64,000 bases of DNA from Bacteroidia bacterium. Lineage in GTDB: Bacteria > Bacteroidota > Bacteroidia > AKYH767-A > OLB10. The position numbers and the translations under genes are program-made. Under the pieces are notes generated by a model. It was not told the DNA's origin. It made no database searches and saw only the letters and a list, made by a program, of their open reading frames with translations. This document shows, one piece after another, positions 25,263-35,155 of this stretch (positions are counted from its first letter, which is position 1; every line of letters starts with the position of its first letter). Where the stretch lies: NCBI GenBank assembly GCA_017995075.1, contig JAGOJO010000006.1, positions 939 through 64,938 of the forward strand. The letters run 5' to 3'.

Positions 25263-27587
25263 ATGCGCGCGCAAAGAAATTCCGTACTCATCGCGTTCCT
25301 GCTACTTCTGCCTTTGTTCGTTTATTCCCAACAAGGAACTGTAAAAGGTTATCTATTGGAAACCGACAGTTCTCAATCATTGCCATTTGCTACTGTACAA
25401 CTGAAAGGAACAACCATCGGCGTAATCACGGATATAAACGGGTTCTTTACCTTGAATGCCGCACCGGGAAAACAAACGTTAGTGTTAAGCTATGTTGGTT
25501 ATCCGGTGAAGGAGGTGAATATCTTTATCAAAGCCAACGAAACACTCGAATTGCGCTTAACGATGGAAATGAACGGAGGTAGTGATGACTGGCGACCGGT
25601 CGTGATCACAGCAGGACGATTGGAACAACAAATCGAACGCACGGTTACATCCATGGAGATTCTTCCATCCAGAATGGTAGAAAACCGGGTGGAGACAAAT
25701 CTTGAGACAGCTGTAGAGCAAGTGCCCGGCGTAACAGTGATTGACGGACAAGCAAATATTCGAGGAGGAAGTGGCTTCAGCTATGGAGCAGGATCGAGGG
25801 TATTGGTGCTGGTAGATGATTTGCCTATGATGGCAGGAGATGCGAATGATGTAAAATGGAATTTTATACCGCTTGAACAAATGGAACAGGTGGAAGTATT
25901 GAAAGGTGCTTCTTCCGCCTTATTCGGATCGTCGGCGCTCAATGGTGTGATCAATATGCGCACTAAGATGCCGGGAGAAAAACCGGTTACTCAGATCACC
26001 ACTTTCGCGGGAATGTATGATACTCCCAAAAACGAATACATGCGCTGGTGGGGAGAAGAGCGATTTACTTCCGGTGTAAACTTTTCGCACAGGAGAAGAA
26101 TTAAAAATCTCTCATTGGTAGCTGGCGGACATTATTACAATGACGAGGGATACCGTCAAGGAGAAACCGAGCAACGCTATAGAGGGAACGCACATCTTCG
26201 TTATGCTTCGAAAAAAATCAAGGGACTAACGACAGGCCTATCCGTAAATGCACAACAGACAAAAGGTGGTAACTTTCTGATTTGGGAAGATGATTCATTG
26301 GGCGCACTGATTCCACAAGGATCATCAAGCGGACTGGGAGGTAATACACTCAGCAAATACACCAGTGTAAGAATAACCATTGATCCTTATGTGATTTACA
26401 GTCCGGGAAAATGGATACACAAACTCCGCACCCGTTATTTCTACGCAGACAACACCAATGATACCGAGCAGGGATCTACATCGCATCTTTATTATGCCGA
26501 CTATATTGCTCAACGAAGAATCAAGGTTTTCAATGTATCCGTTGGAGCCACCGGAACACTTACGCGGGCAGCAGGTGATCTATACGAAAGCAGAAAGGGA
26601 AGTAGTCTCGGTTTTTATACACAGGTAGATGGAGACTTCGGCAAACTGAACACCAGCATTGGATTACGACTTGAGTCTGCCACCACCGAAGAATTACCAA
26701 TAAACTCAGATAAATCAACCACTGGCAAAGTTCATTTCGCCTTAGCTAATTTCCAGCCGCAACCATTACTAAGATTAGGTGCCAACTATGCAGTATTCAA
26801 ACATACGAATCTGCGTGCTTCCATCGGACAAGGATTTCGTTTCCCATCGATAGCTGAGCGATTCATTCGCACCAGAGTTGGTGATATTGTCATCTACCCG
26901 AATAATAATCTTCAGTCAGAATCCGGTTGGTCGGCAGAGGCTGGAATCAAACAAGGACTCCAGATTAAATCATGGAGAGGATTCATTGATGCCTGCTACT
27001 TCTGGACTGAATATCAAGACATGATGGAATTCACCTTCGGCACCTGGGGAAATCCACAAACCGATCCATTGTTCGGACTCGGATTTAAATCTGTCAATAT
27101 CGGAAATGCAAGAATCAGCGGATACGAATTCAGCATAGCCGGAGAGGGAACCATCGGAAAAGTTAAACAAAGCATACTCGCAGGATACACTTACATAAAT
27201 CCCATACAAACCGACTTCGACGCAAAACGCGACACATTACTGAACACCAGCAAGGAGAATATTTTAAAATACCGATTCAAACACCTGTTCAAATTCGATA
27301 CAGAAACAACCTATAAAAAATTCTTCATCGGTATCAGCGGAAGATACTATAGTCGTATTGAAAACATCGACAAAGCATTTGAGTTCGCAATTAACGGTGT
27401 CATGAACTATCGCTCCACACAACCTTCAGGAACATGGCTATTCGACATCAGGGCAGGAGCAGATATAACGAAGAACATTCGCACTTCCTTCATCATCAGA
27501 AATCTGTTCAACGAAGAATTCATGACACGACCTGCCGATCTTCAGGCACCGCGTACCTTCACCTTATCGGTTGGAATAAAACTTTAA
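25263..27587 (+). CDS. TonB-dependent receptor with CarboxypepD_reg-like N-domain
   Basis: Signal peptide. 'GTVKGYLLE...ITDINGFFTL' N-domain. Plug motif 'VEVLKGASSALFGSSALNGVINM'. Long beta-barrel region. Confidence 0.9.
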   Translation: MRAQRNSVLIAFLLLLPLFVYSQQGTVKGYLLETDSSQSLPFATVQLKGTTIGVITDINGFFTLNAAPGKQTLVLSYVGYPVKEVNIFIKANETLELRLTMEMNGGSDDWRPVVITAGRLEQQIERTVTSMEILPSRMVENRVETNLETAVEQVPGVTVIDGQANIRGGSGFSYGAGSRVLVLVDDLPMMAGDANDVKWNFIPLEQMEQVEVLKGASSALFGSSALNGVINMRTKMPGEKPVTQITTFAGMYDTPKNEYMRWWGEERFTSGVNFSHRRRIKNLSLVAGGHYYNDEGYRQGETEQRYRGNAHLRYASKKIKGLTTGLSVNAQQTKGGNFLIWEDDSLGALIPQGSSSGLGGNTLSKYTSVRITIDPYVIYSPGKWIHKLRTRYFYADNTNDTEQGSTSHLYYADYIAQRRIKVFNVSVGATGTLTRAAGDLYESRKGSSLGFYTQVDGDFGKLNTSIGLRLESATTEELPINSDKSTTGKVHFALANFQPQPLLRLGANYAVFKHTNLRASIGQGFRFPSIAERFIRTRVGDIVIYPNNNLQSESGWSAEAGIKQGLQIKSWRGFIDACYFWTEYQDMMEFTFGTWGNPQTDPLFGLGFKSVNIGNARISGYEFSIAGEGTIGKVKQSILAGYTYINPIQTDFDAKRDTLLNTSKENILKYRFKHLFKFDTETTYKKFFIGISGRYYSRIENIDKAFEFAINGVMNYRSTQPSGTWLFDIRAGADITKNIRTSFIIRNLFNEEFMTRPADLQAPRTFTLSVGIKL

Positions 27588-27699
27588 TACCTTTTATCAA
27601 ATCGGTCCTGCTCGGAAATCTACCAATAACTGATCAGCCGACCGATCACTTTTCAACCAACAGAAACGAAACAACGACAAAGGAAAAACGGAAATCAAA

Positions 27700-28041
27700 A
27701 TGCGCGGAATTATTTTAATGACTCGTTTCCTACCCTATTCGGGGATGACATTATTCCCGTTTATCCTACTCCGTAAAAAAGACGCGCCACATGGAACAAG
27801 ATTATTAAACCATGAAAGAATTCATCTGCGACAACAACTGGAGTTATTGATCCTTCCGTTTTACATCTGGTATTTCGGAGACTACCTCTTCCAGCGCCTA
27901 CGTGGGAAGAAACACGAAACAGCCTATAGATCCATCATATTTGAACAGGAAGCTTATACTCATGAAAACGACCCTGACTATCTGCTACACCGACCTTTCT
28001 GGGGTTTCATGCGAAAAAAGGGAGAAAATAAGGCCAACTAA
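27700..28041 (+). CDS. small hypothetical protein with HExxH-like motif
   Basis: 113 aa with 'LNHERIHLRQQ' followed by a hydrophobic helix 'LLILPFYIWYF' and 'FEQEAY'. Family not recognised. Confidence 0.6.
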   Translation: MRGIILMTRFLPYSGMTLFPFILLRKKDAPHGTRLLNHERIHLRQQLELLILPFYIWYFGDYLFQRLRGKKHETAYRSIIFEQEAYTHENDPDYLLHRPFWGFMRKKGENKAN

Positions 28042-28097
28042 GCCCGGATTTCATAAAATCTTCAATTTGTTTCCGGAAACCATGTACCTGATCGCAT

Positions 28098-28105
28098 TAT
28101 CTTTG
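28098..28105 (+). promoter_or_regulatory. -7 box TATCTTTG upstream of the ABC ATPase
   Basis: Exact TAnnTTTG, 5 nt before the ATG at 28111. Confidence 0.4.
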
Positions 28106-28110
28106 CCGCC

Positions 28111-28875
28111 ATGTCCTCCACACCCATCATCACTGTTCGCGATCTTAAAAAATCGTACAACGGCTTTGAAGCTGTGAAAGGAGTAAGCTTTGATGTATAT
28201 GAACGGGAGATTTTTGGTTTACTCGGACCCAATGGAGCCGGAAAGACCACCACTCTTGAAATCATCGAAACACTTCGCGAAAAAACAGCAGGAGAAGTTC
28301 GGGTTGCAGGACTCAACATCGACAATGACGCGAATGCTATCAAACAGAAAATAGGCGTACAACTGCAGGCCGCGGGATATTATCCCAGTTTAACCCTCAC
28401 CGAACTCATCGAGTTATTCTCAGGCCTTTATAACGTTGACGCAGATCCGATGACGATGTTGCGCAAAGTAGGACTTGAAGACAAACACAAAGCCAAGTAC
28501 AAAGAGCTCAGTGGTGGGCAGAAACAGCGATTCAGCATTGCCACAACTCTTATCAATAATCCGACTATTATTTTTCTCGACGAGCCTACAACAGGACTTG
28601 ATCCACAGGCGCGCAGAAATTTATGGGACCTCATCCGTATGGTTCGCGATGCCGGAACTACTGTCGTAATTACAACACATTACATGGATGAAGCAGAGCA
28701 GCTTTGTGACCGTGTAGCAGTAATGGAATCAGGCAGAATAATCGCCCTCGATTCACCCGACAAACTGATTGACGATCTTGTCGCCACCGGTTTTGAGCGA
28801 GCCAAACAAGTAAAGAATGCCAATCTGGAAGATGTATTCCTTCATCTGACGGGACACGAATGGAAAGAAGAATAG
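28111..28875 (+). CDS. ABC transporter ATP-binding protein (ABC-2/DrrA-like exporter)
   Basis: Walker A 'GPNGAGKTT', signature 'LSGGQKQR', Walker B 'IIFLDEPTTGLD'. Confidence 0.9.
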   Translation: MSSTPIITVRDLKKSYNGFEAVKGVSFDVYEREIFGLLGPNGAGKTTTLEIIETLREKTAGEVRVAGLNIDNDANAIKQKIGVQLQAAGYYPSLTLTELIELFSGLYNVDADPMTMLRKVGLEDKHKAKYKELSGGQKQRFSIATTLINNPTIIFLDEPTTGLDPQARRNLWDLIRMVRDAGTTVVITTHYMDEAEQLCDRVAVMESGRIIALDSPDKLIDDLVATGFERAKQVKNANLEDVFLHLTGHEWKEE

Positions 28876-28882
28876 AAATCAA

Positions 28883-29998
28883 GTGAGCAAAAAATACTCT
28901 CAGCTAAACGCCATGCTGGCCATCTCCAAAGCCAGCTTCCGATCGATTCTCCGGAGTCCTTCGGCTGTCGTGTTCACGCTTGCCTTCCCGCTCATTTTTA
29001 TTCTCGTATTCGGATTCATTAGTGGCGGTGGCATTAACTTATGGGTTGCACTGGACAGCACCAGCGACACTAAAAATCCGATCTTCGACAGCATAGCCAC
29101 GATGAAAGGAATTCACCTGGTTCCCGGACTCAGCGAAGAAGCAATCCAACGTGATTTACAAAAAGGGAAATTTGATGCTGTACTGAAAATCAGCCGCCTT
29201 CCGAATGATTCTACTAACGGTCAAGGATTACCGAAGTACGCCCTCGAAGTAACAACGACACAGGTCAGCAGAGAAAAAGGGATCATCATCCGATCCATGC
29301 TCGAGCATTATGCCGACAAAGCGAATCTGCTTGCTGCAGGCATTCACCAGCCGATGCTGCAGTTAAAAACGAAGGAGATCAACGTTCGCGAATACAAAAC
29401 CATCGACTTCATCCTTCCCGGACAACTTGGTTTCTCACTACTCAGTTCCGGAGTCTTCGGAACAGCTTTTGTATTTTTTAATCTCCGGCAAACACTTGTT
29501 ATCAAACGATTCTTCGCCACACCCATCCGCAAGCCATTTATTGTACTTGGAGAAGCACTCAGCCGTTTGGTATTCTCCCTCACCGGTGCTGCCTTCCTGA
29601 TACTAATCGGTCACTTCGCCTTCGGATTTACCCTCATTCACGGGTTTACCACCTTTGTATCCATGCTTCTGTTGTCGGCGGTCGGGCTGATACTTTTTAT
29701 GGGATTCGGATTCGTAGTTTCGGGAATCGCAAAGAGTGAAAGTACCATTCCTCCACTCGCCAATATTGTCACCCTGCCCCAGTTCCTACTATCGGGTACT
29801 TTCTTCGAAATCAGCAATTTCCCTGATTGGCTACAGCCTATTTGCCGCGTTCTACCGCTCACCTACCTCAACGACGCCATGCGCATGGTAGCCTATGAAG
29901 GAGTTGGACTTTCGCAGTTACTGCTTCCTTTGGGAGTCATTCTGGCATGGGGAATCTTCATTTACGCCCTCGCAGTTCGCGTATTCCGTTGGGAATAA
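28883..29998 (+). CDS. ABC-2 type transporter permease
   Basis: 371 aa with an N-terminal TM helix, a large loop and a C-terminal 5-TM bundle, directly after the ATPase. The start is GTG at 28883; an alternative ATG lies at 28913. Confidence 0.85.
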   Translation: MSKKYSQLNAMLAISKASFRSILRSPSAVVFTLAFPLIFILVFGFISGGGINLWVALDSTSDTKNPIFDSIATMKGIHLVPGLSEEAIQRDLQKGKFDAVLKISRLPNDSTNGQGLPKYALEVTTTQVSREKGIIIRSMLEHYADKANLLAAGIHQPMLQLKTKEINVREYKTIDFILPGQLGFSLLSSGVFGTAFVFFNLRQTLVIKRFFATPIRKPFIVLGEALSRLVFSLTGAAFLILIGHFAFGFTLIHGFTTFVSMLLLSAVGLILFMGFGFVVSGIAKSESTIPPLANIVTLPQFLLSGTFFEISNFPDWLQPICRVLPLTYLNDAMRMVAYEGVGLSQLLLPLGVILAWGIFIYALAVRVFRWE

Positions 29999-30105
29999 AT
30001 GACGAAATGACAGTACATTTGCATCGGCATCCTCTTTGAAGAGAGGAGACTGTTAAAACAAAAAAGCGACCTGGTCGTTTCTACACTAAAGAAAAAGGAA
30101 AAGCT

Positions 30106-30786
30106 ATGATGGGAATTTATGTAATCTCGATCGCATTCATGTTGATCGGATGGTTAGTAAGCATGCAACTTAAACGCAAGTTCACACAGTATTCTCAAAC
30201 GCCAATCAGTTCCGGACTAAGCGGACAAGAGATTGCGATGAAAATGCTCCGTGATAACAATATTCATGACGTAAAAGTAATTTCAGTAGAAGGTCGACTC
30301 ACCGATCACTACAATCCGATTGATAAAACAGTCAATCTGAGCCACGATGTATTTTATGGACGCAATGCCGCAGCTGCAGCAGTATCAGCACACGAGTGTG
30401 GCCACGCTGTTCAACATGCAAAAGCATACAGCATGCTCCAGCTTCGTTCAGCGCTGGTACCGGTAGTAAGTTTTGCTTCGCGTTGGGTACACTGGGTATT
30501 GATTGCCGGTATTCTGGCAGTAAACACCTTCCCCAGTTTATTGCTGATTGGTATTGTACTCTTCGCAGCCACAACGCTCTTTAGTTTCGTCACCTTGCCT
30601 GTTGAGTTTGATGCCAGTCGCCGCGCCCTTGTATGGCTTGAAAGCGCACGCATCACAACTCCGCAAGAGCATGCTCAATCGAAAGATGCACTCTGGTGGG
30701 CTGCTATGACTTATGTAGTTGCAGCACTCTCTGCATTGGCAACATTGATGTACTACATTATGATTTACATGGGACGTCGCGATTAA
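30106..30786 (+). CDS. putative neutral zinc metallopeptidase (YugP-like)
   Basis: N-terminal TM helix, 'SAHECGHAVQH' HExxH motif, and C-terminal TM helices. Confidence 0.85.
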   Translation: MMGIYVISIAFMLIGWLVSMQLKRKFTQYSQTPISSGLSGQEIAMKMLRDNNIHDVKVISVEGRLTDHYNPIDKTVNLSHDVFYGRNAAAAAVSAHECGHAVQHAKAYSMLQLRSALVPVVSFASRWVHWVLIAGILAVNTFPSLLLIGIVLFAATTLFSFVTLPVEFDASRRALVWLESARITTPQEHAQSKDALWWAAMTYVVAALSALATLMYYIMIYMGRRD

Positions 30787-30808
30787 TCAATCGACTGAAA
30801 CAACAAAT

Positions 30809-30841
30809 AAAACGCCTCTCGATTCGGGGGGCGTTTTTTTA
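30809..30841 (+). terminator. rho-independent terminator
   Basis: 'aaaacgcctc tcgattc ggggggcgttttttta': a GC stem followed by a T-run, 23 nt after the stop. Confidence 0.7.
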
Positions 30842-31052
30842 TTCCTAAGCTCAATTTTTGATCTAAAATAACCTCCCTTACAAAAGATATTTTGCTTCAA
30901 ATGTGGTGAATACGCCTCCTTTTATTGAATGAAGAATACTACATATGAATTATTGCTTTGCAACGAGTTTTAAAGTTACTTACTTCAAAATTGAATTCAC
31001 AGACACCTGTTATAGTGCACTGTAAATCATGTAATTAACTCGTAAAAATAAA

Positions 31053-33122
31053 ATGAATCCGACTTTTTACATATCTAAAGGAACACCTGTTAAAGTTTTA
31101 GCACTGAATCAAAAGTGGTATCAGGAAGGATATAAATTAACATTGGTAAAGAAAATCGGGATTATAATTTTCCTAATCACCTGGATTTATAATTGTGCAG
31201 AAGCTCAAACTCTGAACTTCGAATGGGCCAATCAGGTATCAGGAATATCATTAAGTAAATCTACAACTTGTGATGCTTCAGGAAATGTATATATGATTGG
31301 ACGATTTCACGGAACAGCTGATATGGATCCATCACCGGCTGTACTAAACTTTGTATCCAATGGCGGATCGGATGTATTTATATCCAAGTATGATCAAAAC
31401 GGAAACTTCCTTTGGTCAAGGCAATTTGGAGCCGGAGGTAATGACGATGGATATGAACTAAAAATTGATCCTTCGGGCAATGTTGTGGCAACCGGTTATT
31501 TCCAATCAACCATCGACTTTGATCCAGGTCCATCAGTCTATAATATTACTGGAAATGGGGCTAATGATATATTCATACTAAAACTAGACCCCTCCGGAAA
31601 CTTTATTTGGGCTTATGGTATTGGTGGCAGCGGAATAGACTATGGATTATCAATGACAATCGATGCCAGCGGCGCACTATACTTTACAGGACAATTTAGC
31701 AGCACAGTAGATTTTAACGCGGGCCCTGGTGTCTTTAATATGACGTCCGCAGGAGGAAGTGATATTTTTGTACTGAAAATGGATTTGAATGGAAATTTTA
31801 TCTGGGCCAGGAGATTTGGAGGAACGGCAACTGATTTTGTTAGCTGTATCGAAACTGACAATAACGGGGACGTAATATTCACCGGATCTTTTGGATCAAC
31901 TGCCGATTTTGATCCTTCCCCGGCTGTATATAATTTAACAGCAGTTGGACTTTCAACCGATAGTTACATTGCCAAACTGGATGCAAATGGGAATTTTACC
32001 TGGGCTATAAAATTCGGAAGTCCATTTTCTGATGCTGGATTGAATCTTGACATCGACCAATGGAATAACATCATCTCAATAGGTAATTTTTATGGAACTG
32101 CAGATTTTGATCCAGGACCTGGGGTATTCAATCTTACTCCGGTAGGAACTTCAAACGCCTATATTTCAAAATTAGATGCTGCAGGTAATTTTATTTGGGC
32201 AAAGGGTATTGAATCTACAGTCTCTTCAGCTGGAGATAATGTCAATGTTAATGCAAACAATGAAATTTTTTGTTCAGGTAGTTTCGTAGGTACAGCAGAT
32301 TTTGATCCTGGTGCGGGAGTAAACAATGTTACTTCCGCCGGGAGTACCGATATCTATTTCTTACTACTTGATGTTAATGGGGTATATAAACACCTAACTA
32401 CTATTGGTGGAAGTCCTACAGAATTCCCGAATGGAACCTATATTGACGCTTCTCAAAACATTTACGTCTCCGGTACCTTCAGTGGCACAACAGATTTTGA
32501 TCCGGGTACAAACTCTTACAACCTGACATCAGTTGGAACTCAGAATAGCTTTATTCTAAAACTAAATCAAAACATCCCATTACCTATTGAGTTACTCGAC
32601 TTTTCTGCAGAAGAAATTAATGAAGGTATTGAATTAACCTGGACTACTGCGAATGAATCCAACAACAACTATTTCACCATTGAAAAGTCATTGAAGTATG
32701 GAGAGTGGTTATCACTAGGAGTAATTCAGGGTGCTGGCAACTCTACTACTTTACAACAATATAGCTTGATTGATTTGCAACCGGTGCGCGGAACTCAATA
32801 CTATCGTTTAAAACAAACTGACTTTGATGGCAGTTTTAGTTATTCAAAGATTATTGCAGTTTCGTTTAAACTGAACAACACACATTCCATACAAGTTTAC
32901 CCGAATCCAATCTCTGATGTTTTAATAATTGAAATGCCATCGACAATTATCGAAAAAACACATCCAGTTCGCATATTGGATGCATTGGGCAGACACGTTG
33001 CAAGCGAATCAATCAAAAGTGGATACACAGTTCTAAATCTATGTTATTTATCACCGGGAGTATACACGGTTGAAGTTTTGCAAGACAACATGGTTTTAAG
33101 AAACACCGTTTTAAAAAAATAA
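31053..33122 (+). CDS. secreted SBBP-like beta-propeller repeat protein with T9SS CTD
   Basis: About 9 units of the form 'GT(A/V)DFDPGP.V.N.T..G..D.(F/Y)I.KLD..GNF.WA'. Then an 'IELLDFSAEE...WTT..ESNN.YFTIEKS...YYRLKQTDFDGSFSYS' module. CTD 'VYPNPISDVLIIEM...GVYTVEV'. The signal peptide begins about 30 codons in, with a possible TTG start at 31143. Confidence 0.85.
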   Translation: MNPTFYISKGTPVKVLALNQKWYQEGYKLTLVKKIGIIIFLITWIYNCAEAQTLNFEWANQVSGISLSKSTTCDASGNVYMIGRFHGTADMDPSPAVLNFVSNGGSDVFISKYDQNGNFLWSRQFGAGGNDDGYELKIDPSGNVVATGYFQSTIDFDPGPSVYNITGNGANDIFILKLDPSGNFIWAYGIGGSGIDYGLSMTIDASGALYFTGQFSSTVDFNAGPGVFNMTSAGGSDIFVLKMDLNGNFIWARRFGGTATDFVSCIETDNNGDVIFTGSFGSTADFDPSPAVYNLTAVGLSTDSYIAKLDANGNFTWAIKFGSPFSDAGLNLDIDQWNNIISIGNFYGTADFDPGPGVFNLTPVGTSNAYISKLDAAGNFIWAKGIESTVSSAGDNVNVNANNEIFCSGSFVGTADFDPGAGVNNVTSAGSTDIYFLLLDVNGVYKHLTTIGGSPTEFPNGTYIDASQNIYVSGTFSGTTDFDPGTNSYNLTSVGTQNSFILKLNQNIPLPIELLDFSAEEINEGIELTWTTANESNNNYFTIEKSLKYGEWLSLGVIQGAGNSTTLQQYSLIDLQPVRGTQYYRLKQTDFDGSFSYSKIIAVSFKLNNTHSIQVYPNPISDVLIIEMPSTIIEKTHPVRILDALGRHVASESIKSGYTVLNLCYLSPGVYTVEVLQDNMVLRNTVLKK

Positions 33123-33263
33123 GAGGTTAAAACCAGAAATAGCTGAAATTTCATTTTTAAAACATTACTTTTTCAGCTCTAAGTTTACTCAGTATAAAGG
33201 CTGAAATATCAGAGATATAGCTTCTCATGACAAAAATCAACGGACGCAAACCTCCTAATTTGT

Positions 33264-33271
33264 TATTTTTG
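33264..33271 (+). promoter_or_regulatory. -7 box TATTTTTG upstream of kynA
   Basis: Exact TAnnTTTG, 4 nt before the ATG at 33276. Confidence 0.4.
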
Positions 33272-33275
33272 CTCC

Positions 33276-34238
33276 ATGAGTCTGCCACAACCTATCATCG
33301 ACCGCATCAAGCTGCTCGAAGAAAAATACACCGCCATGGGACAGGATCTTATCTCCTATCTCGATGGTCTTCTCTATGCTGATGTCTGCACTTATTGGGA
33401 CTATATACATCTCGACACACTATTAAGCCTGCAACATCCACGCACTAAATTTCCGGATGAGAGTGTATTTATCATGTACCACCAGGTAACTGAATTGTAC
33501 TTCAAGCTTTCATTACATGAGATGCAACAGATGGTAGAACGTGGTCCGGACGCTGCATTTATGGCTGCACGGATAGATCGTATCAACCGATATTTCGCAG
33601 TATTAACGAGTTCGTTTGATATCATGGTAGATGGCATGGAGCCGCAGCAGTTTCAAAAATTCAGAATGAGTTTATTGCCTGCATCTGGTTTTCAGAGTGC
33701 GCAATACCGTACAATTGAAATTTACTCTACCGATTTCATTCGTCTCGTAGATAAAGATGCACGCGAACGATTCGAAAAAAATCCGGGCAGTATCGAAGAG
33801 ATGTTTGAGCATATATACTGGAAAGCAGGAGCAACTGAATTAGCGACCGGTAAAAAAACTTTAACGCTGAAACAGTTCGAAGAGAAGTATGCAAAAACAC
33901 TTATGGAGACGGCGCATCTTTTAAAGTCAACCAATCTTTGGGCACTCTACAAGCAACTTTCGCCCGCTGATCAACAACGCGAAGATTTACGACAAGCATT
34001 GCGTCAGTTAGATGTGAACGTAAATATCAATTGGCCCCTGGTACATTATAAATCCGCAGTTCGTTATTTACAGGCAGATCCGGCAGATATCGCAGCAACC
34101 GGAGGCACCAACTGGCAGAAATATCTCCCTCCACGCTTCCAAAAACGTATTTTTTATCCGTCGTTATGGTCGGCTGAAGAGATCGAAAACTGGGGAAGAG
34201 CCTGGGTGGAAGAAGTTTTTGCCGATAGAATTAAGTAG
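33276..34238 (+). CDS. kynA: tryptophan 2,3-dioxygenase
   Basis: 320 aa with 'YWDYIHLDTLLSLQHPRT...DESVFIMYHQVTELYFKL', characteristic of the TDO family. Confidence 0.85.
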   Translation: MSLPQPIIDRIKLLEEKYTAMGQDLISYLDGLLYADVCTYWDYIHLDTLLSLQHPRTKFPDESVFIMYHQVTELYFKLSLHEMQQMVERGPDAAFMAARIDRINRYFAVLTSSFDIMVDGMEPQQFQKFRMSLLPASGFQSAQYRTIEIYSTDFIRLVDKDARERFEKNPGSIEEMFEHIYWKAGATELATGKKTLTLKQFEEKYAKTLMETAHLLKSTNLWALYKQLSPADQQREDLRQALRQLDVNVNINWPLVHYKSAVRYLQADPADIAATGGTNWQKYLPPRFQKRIFYPSLWSAEEIENWGRAWVEEVFADRIK

Positions 34239-34249
34239 AACGCGTCGAT

Positions 34250-34276
34250 TCAGGCTATAAAATACAGCCTGATTTA
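34250..34276 (+). terminator. hairpin after kynA (weak terminator)
   Basis: Stem tcaggct/agcctga with a 9-nt loop, followed only by 'ttt'. Confidence 0.4.
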
Positions 34277-34395
34277 GTCCAGTTTTGGGCAGCCTGACAG
34301 CTTTCCAGTCAATTCGATTTCAAATTTTACCATTGATTTACAGCAATATATGTAAAACTAAAACATTTTAAATTGGTTTACGTTATAAACTACTT

Positions 34396-34403
34396 TACAT
34401 TTG
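34396..34403 (+). promoter_or_regulatory. -7 box TACATTTG upstream of 34423..35121
   Basis: Exact TAnnTTTG, 19 nt before the ATG at 34423. Confidence 0.45.
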
Positions 34404-34422
34404 TCCTCATCAAATTGAAACT

Positions 34423-35121
34423 ATGAAAAATCTACTTACAACTCTCTTCATCACCGGACTGCTCATGCTCTGCTATGTCACGGTGAATGCACAGGAAACT
34501 GCACCTCAACGTCCGGCACCTCCTCAAGCTCGCCAACAACCTACCGAAAAAACACGCCGCTTCCTTTTGCGATACATATCTGCTTACGATACCTGTAAAA
34601 CGCTAAAAGACCGAGAAACGATTCTTAGAGGTGTTGAAATGGTAGCACAGGCTTCTGCCAACGATTGGATTTCACAATACCATGCAGGTTTCTACAATGC
34701 CATCATCAGCAAGGAACATAAAGACACTGCCGAAGCAAATGCATTATTAAACCGTGCTGAAAGCTTTGTTAAAAAAGCAGCTTCGCTTCAAAAAGATGAA
34801 TCAGAAATTGTGTTGCTGATGGCAATGATCAACGGTATGCGCATAGGCGTAAATCCTGAACTGGGAGCAAAACTCGGACCTGAAGTAATGGCTGAATATG
34901 ATAAAGCGAAAAAACTGAACGCTGAAAATCCTCGTGTGTACCTGGTGATTGGAGAATCATTAATGTATATGCCGGAACAAGCAGGTGGTGGAAAAAAAGC
35001 AGCAAAAAGTATGATTGAATTGGCCTTGAAAAAATACGAGACGGATAAACACGATGATCCGGCCTGGCCATCATGGGGTAAAAACCGCGCAACGGAATTA
35101 ATGACCACATTAAATAAATAA
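34423..35121 (+). CDS. secreted all-alpha hypothetical protein
   Basis: Signal peptide 'LMLCYVTVNAQ'. Gln/Pro-rich linker, then helical composition. Family not recognised. Confidence 0.65.
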   Translation: MKNLLTTLFITGLLMLCYVTVNAQETAPQRPAPPQARQQPTEKTRRFLLRYISAYDTCKTLKDRETILRGVEMVAQASANDWISQYHAGFYNAIISKEHKDTAEANALLNRAESFVKKAASLQKDESEIVLLMAMINGMRIGVNPELGAKLGPEVMAEYDKAKKLNAENPRVYLVIGESLMYMPEQAGGGKKAAKSMIELALKKYETDKHDDPAWPSWGKNRATELMTTLNK

Positions 35122-35155
35122 CTCCAAACAGTTAACGCTTCAAATTTCAACTCGC

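Noticed and set aside
25181-25582. 133-aa plus-strand ORF overlapping the TonB-dependent receptor start
   Set aside because: It is out of frame with the receptor, which has a signal peptide and CarboxypepD_reg domain from 25263. The product is Arg/Cys-rich junk.
33141-33178. Inverted repeat agctgaaa/tttcagct after the 31053 gene, considered as a terminator
   Set aside because: The loop is 22 nt and AT-rich and the stem has low GC, so it is not a convincing intrinsic terminator.
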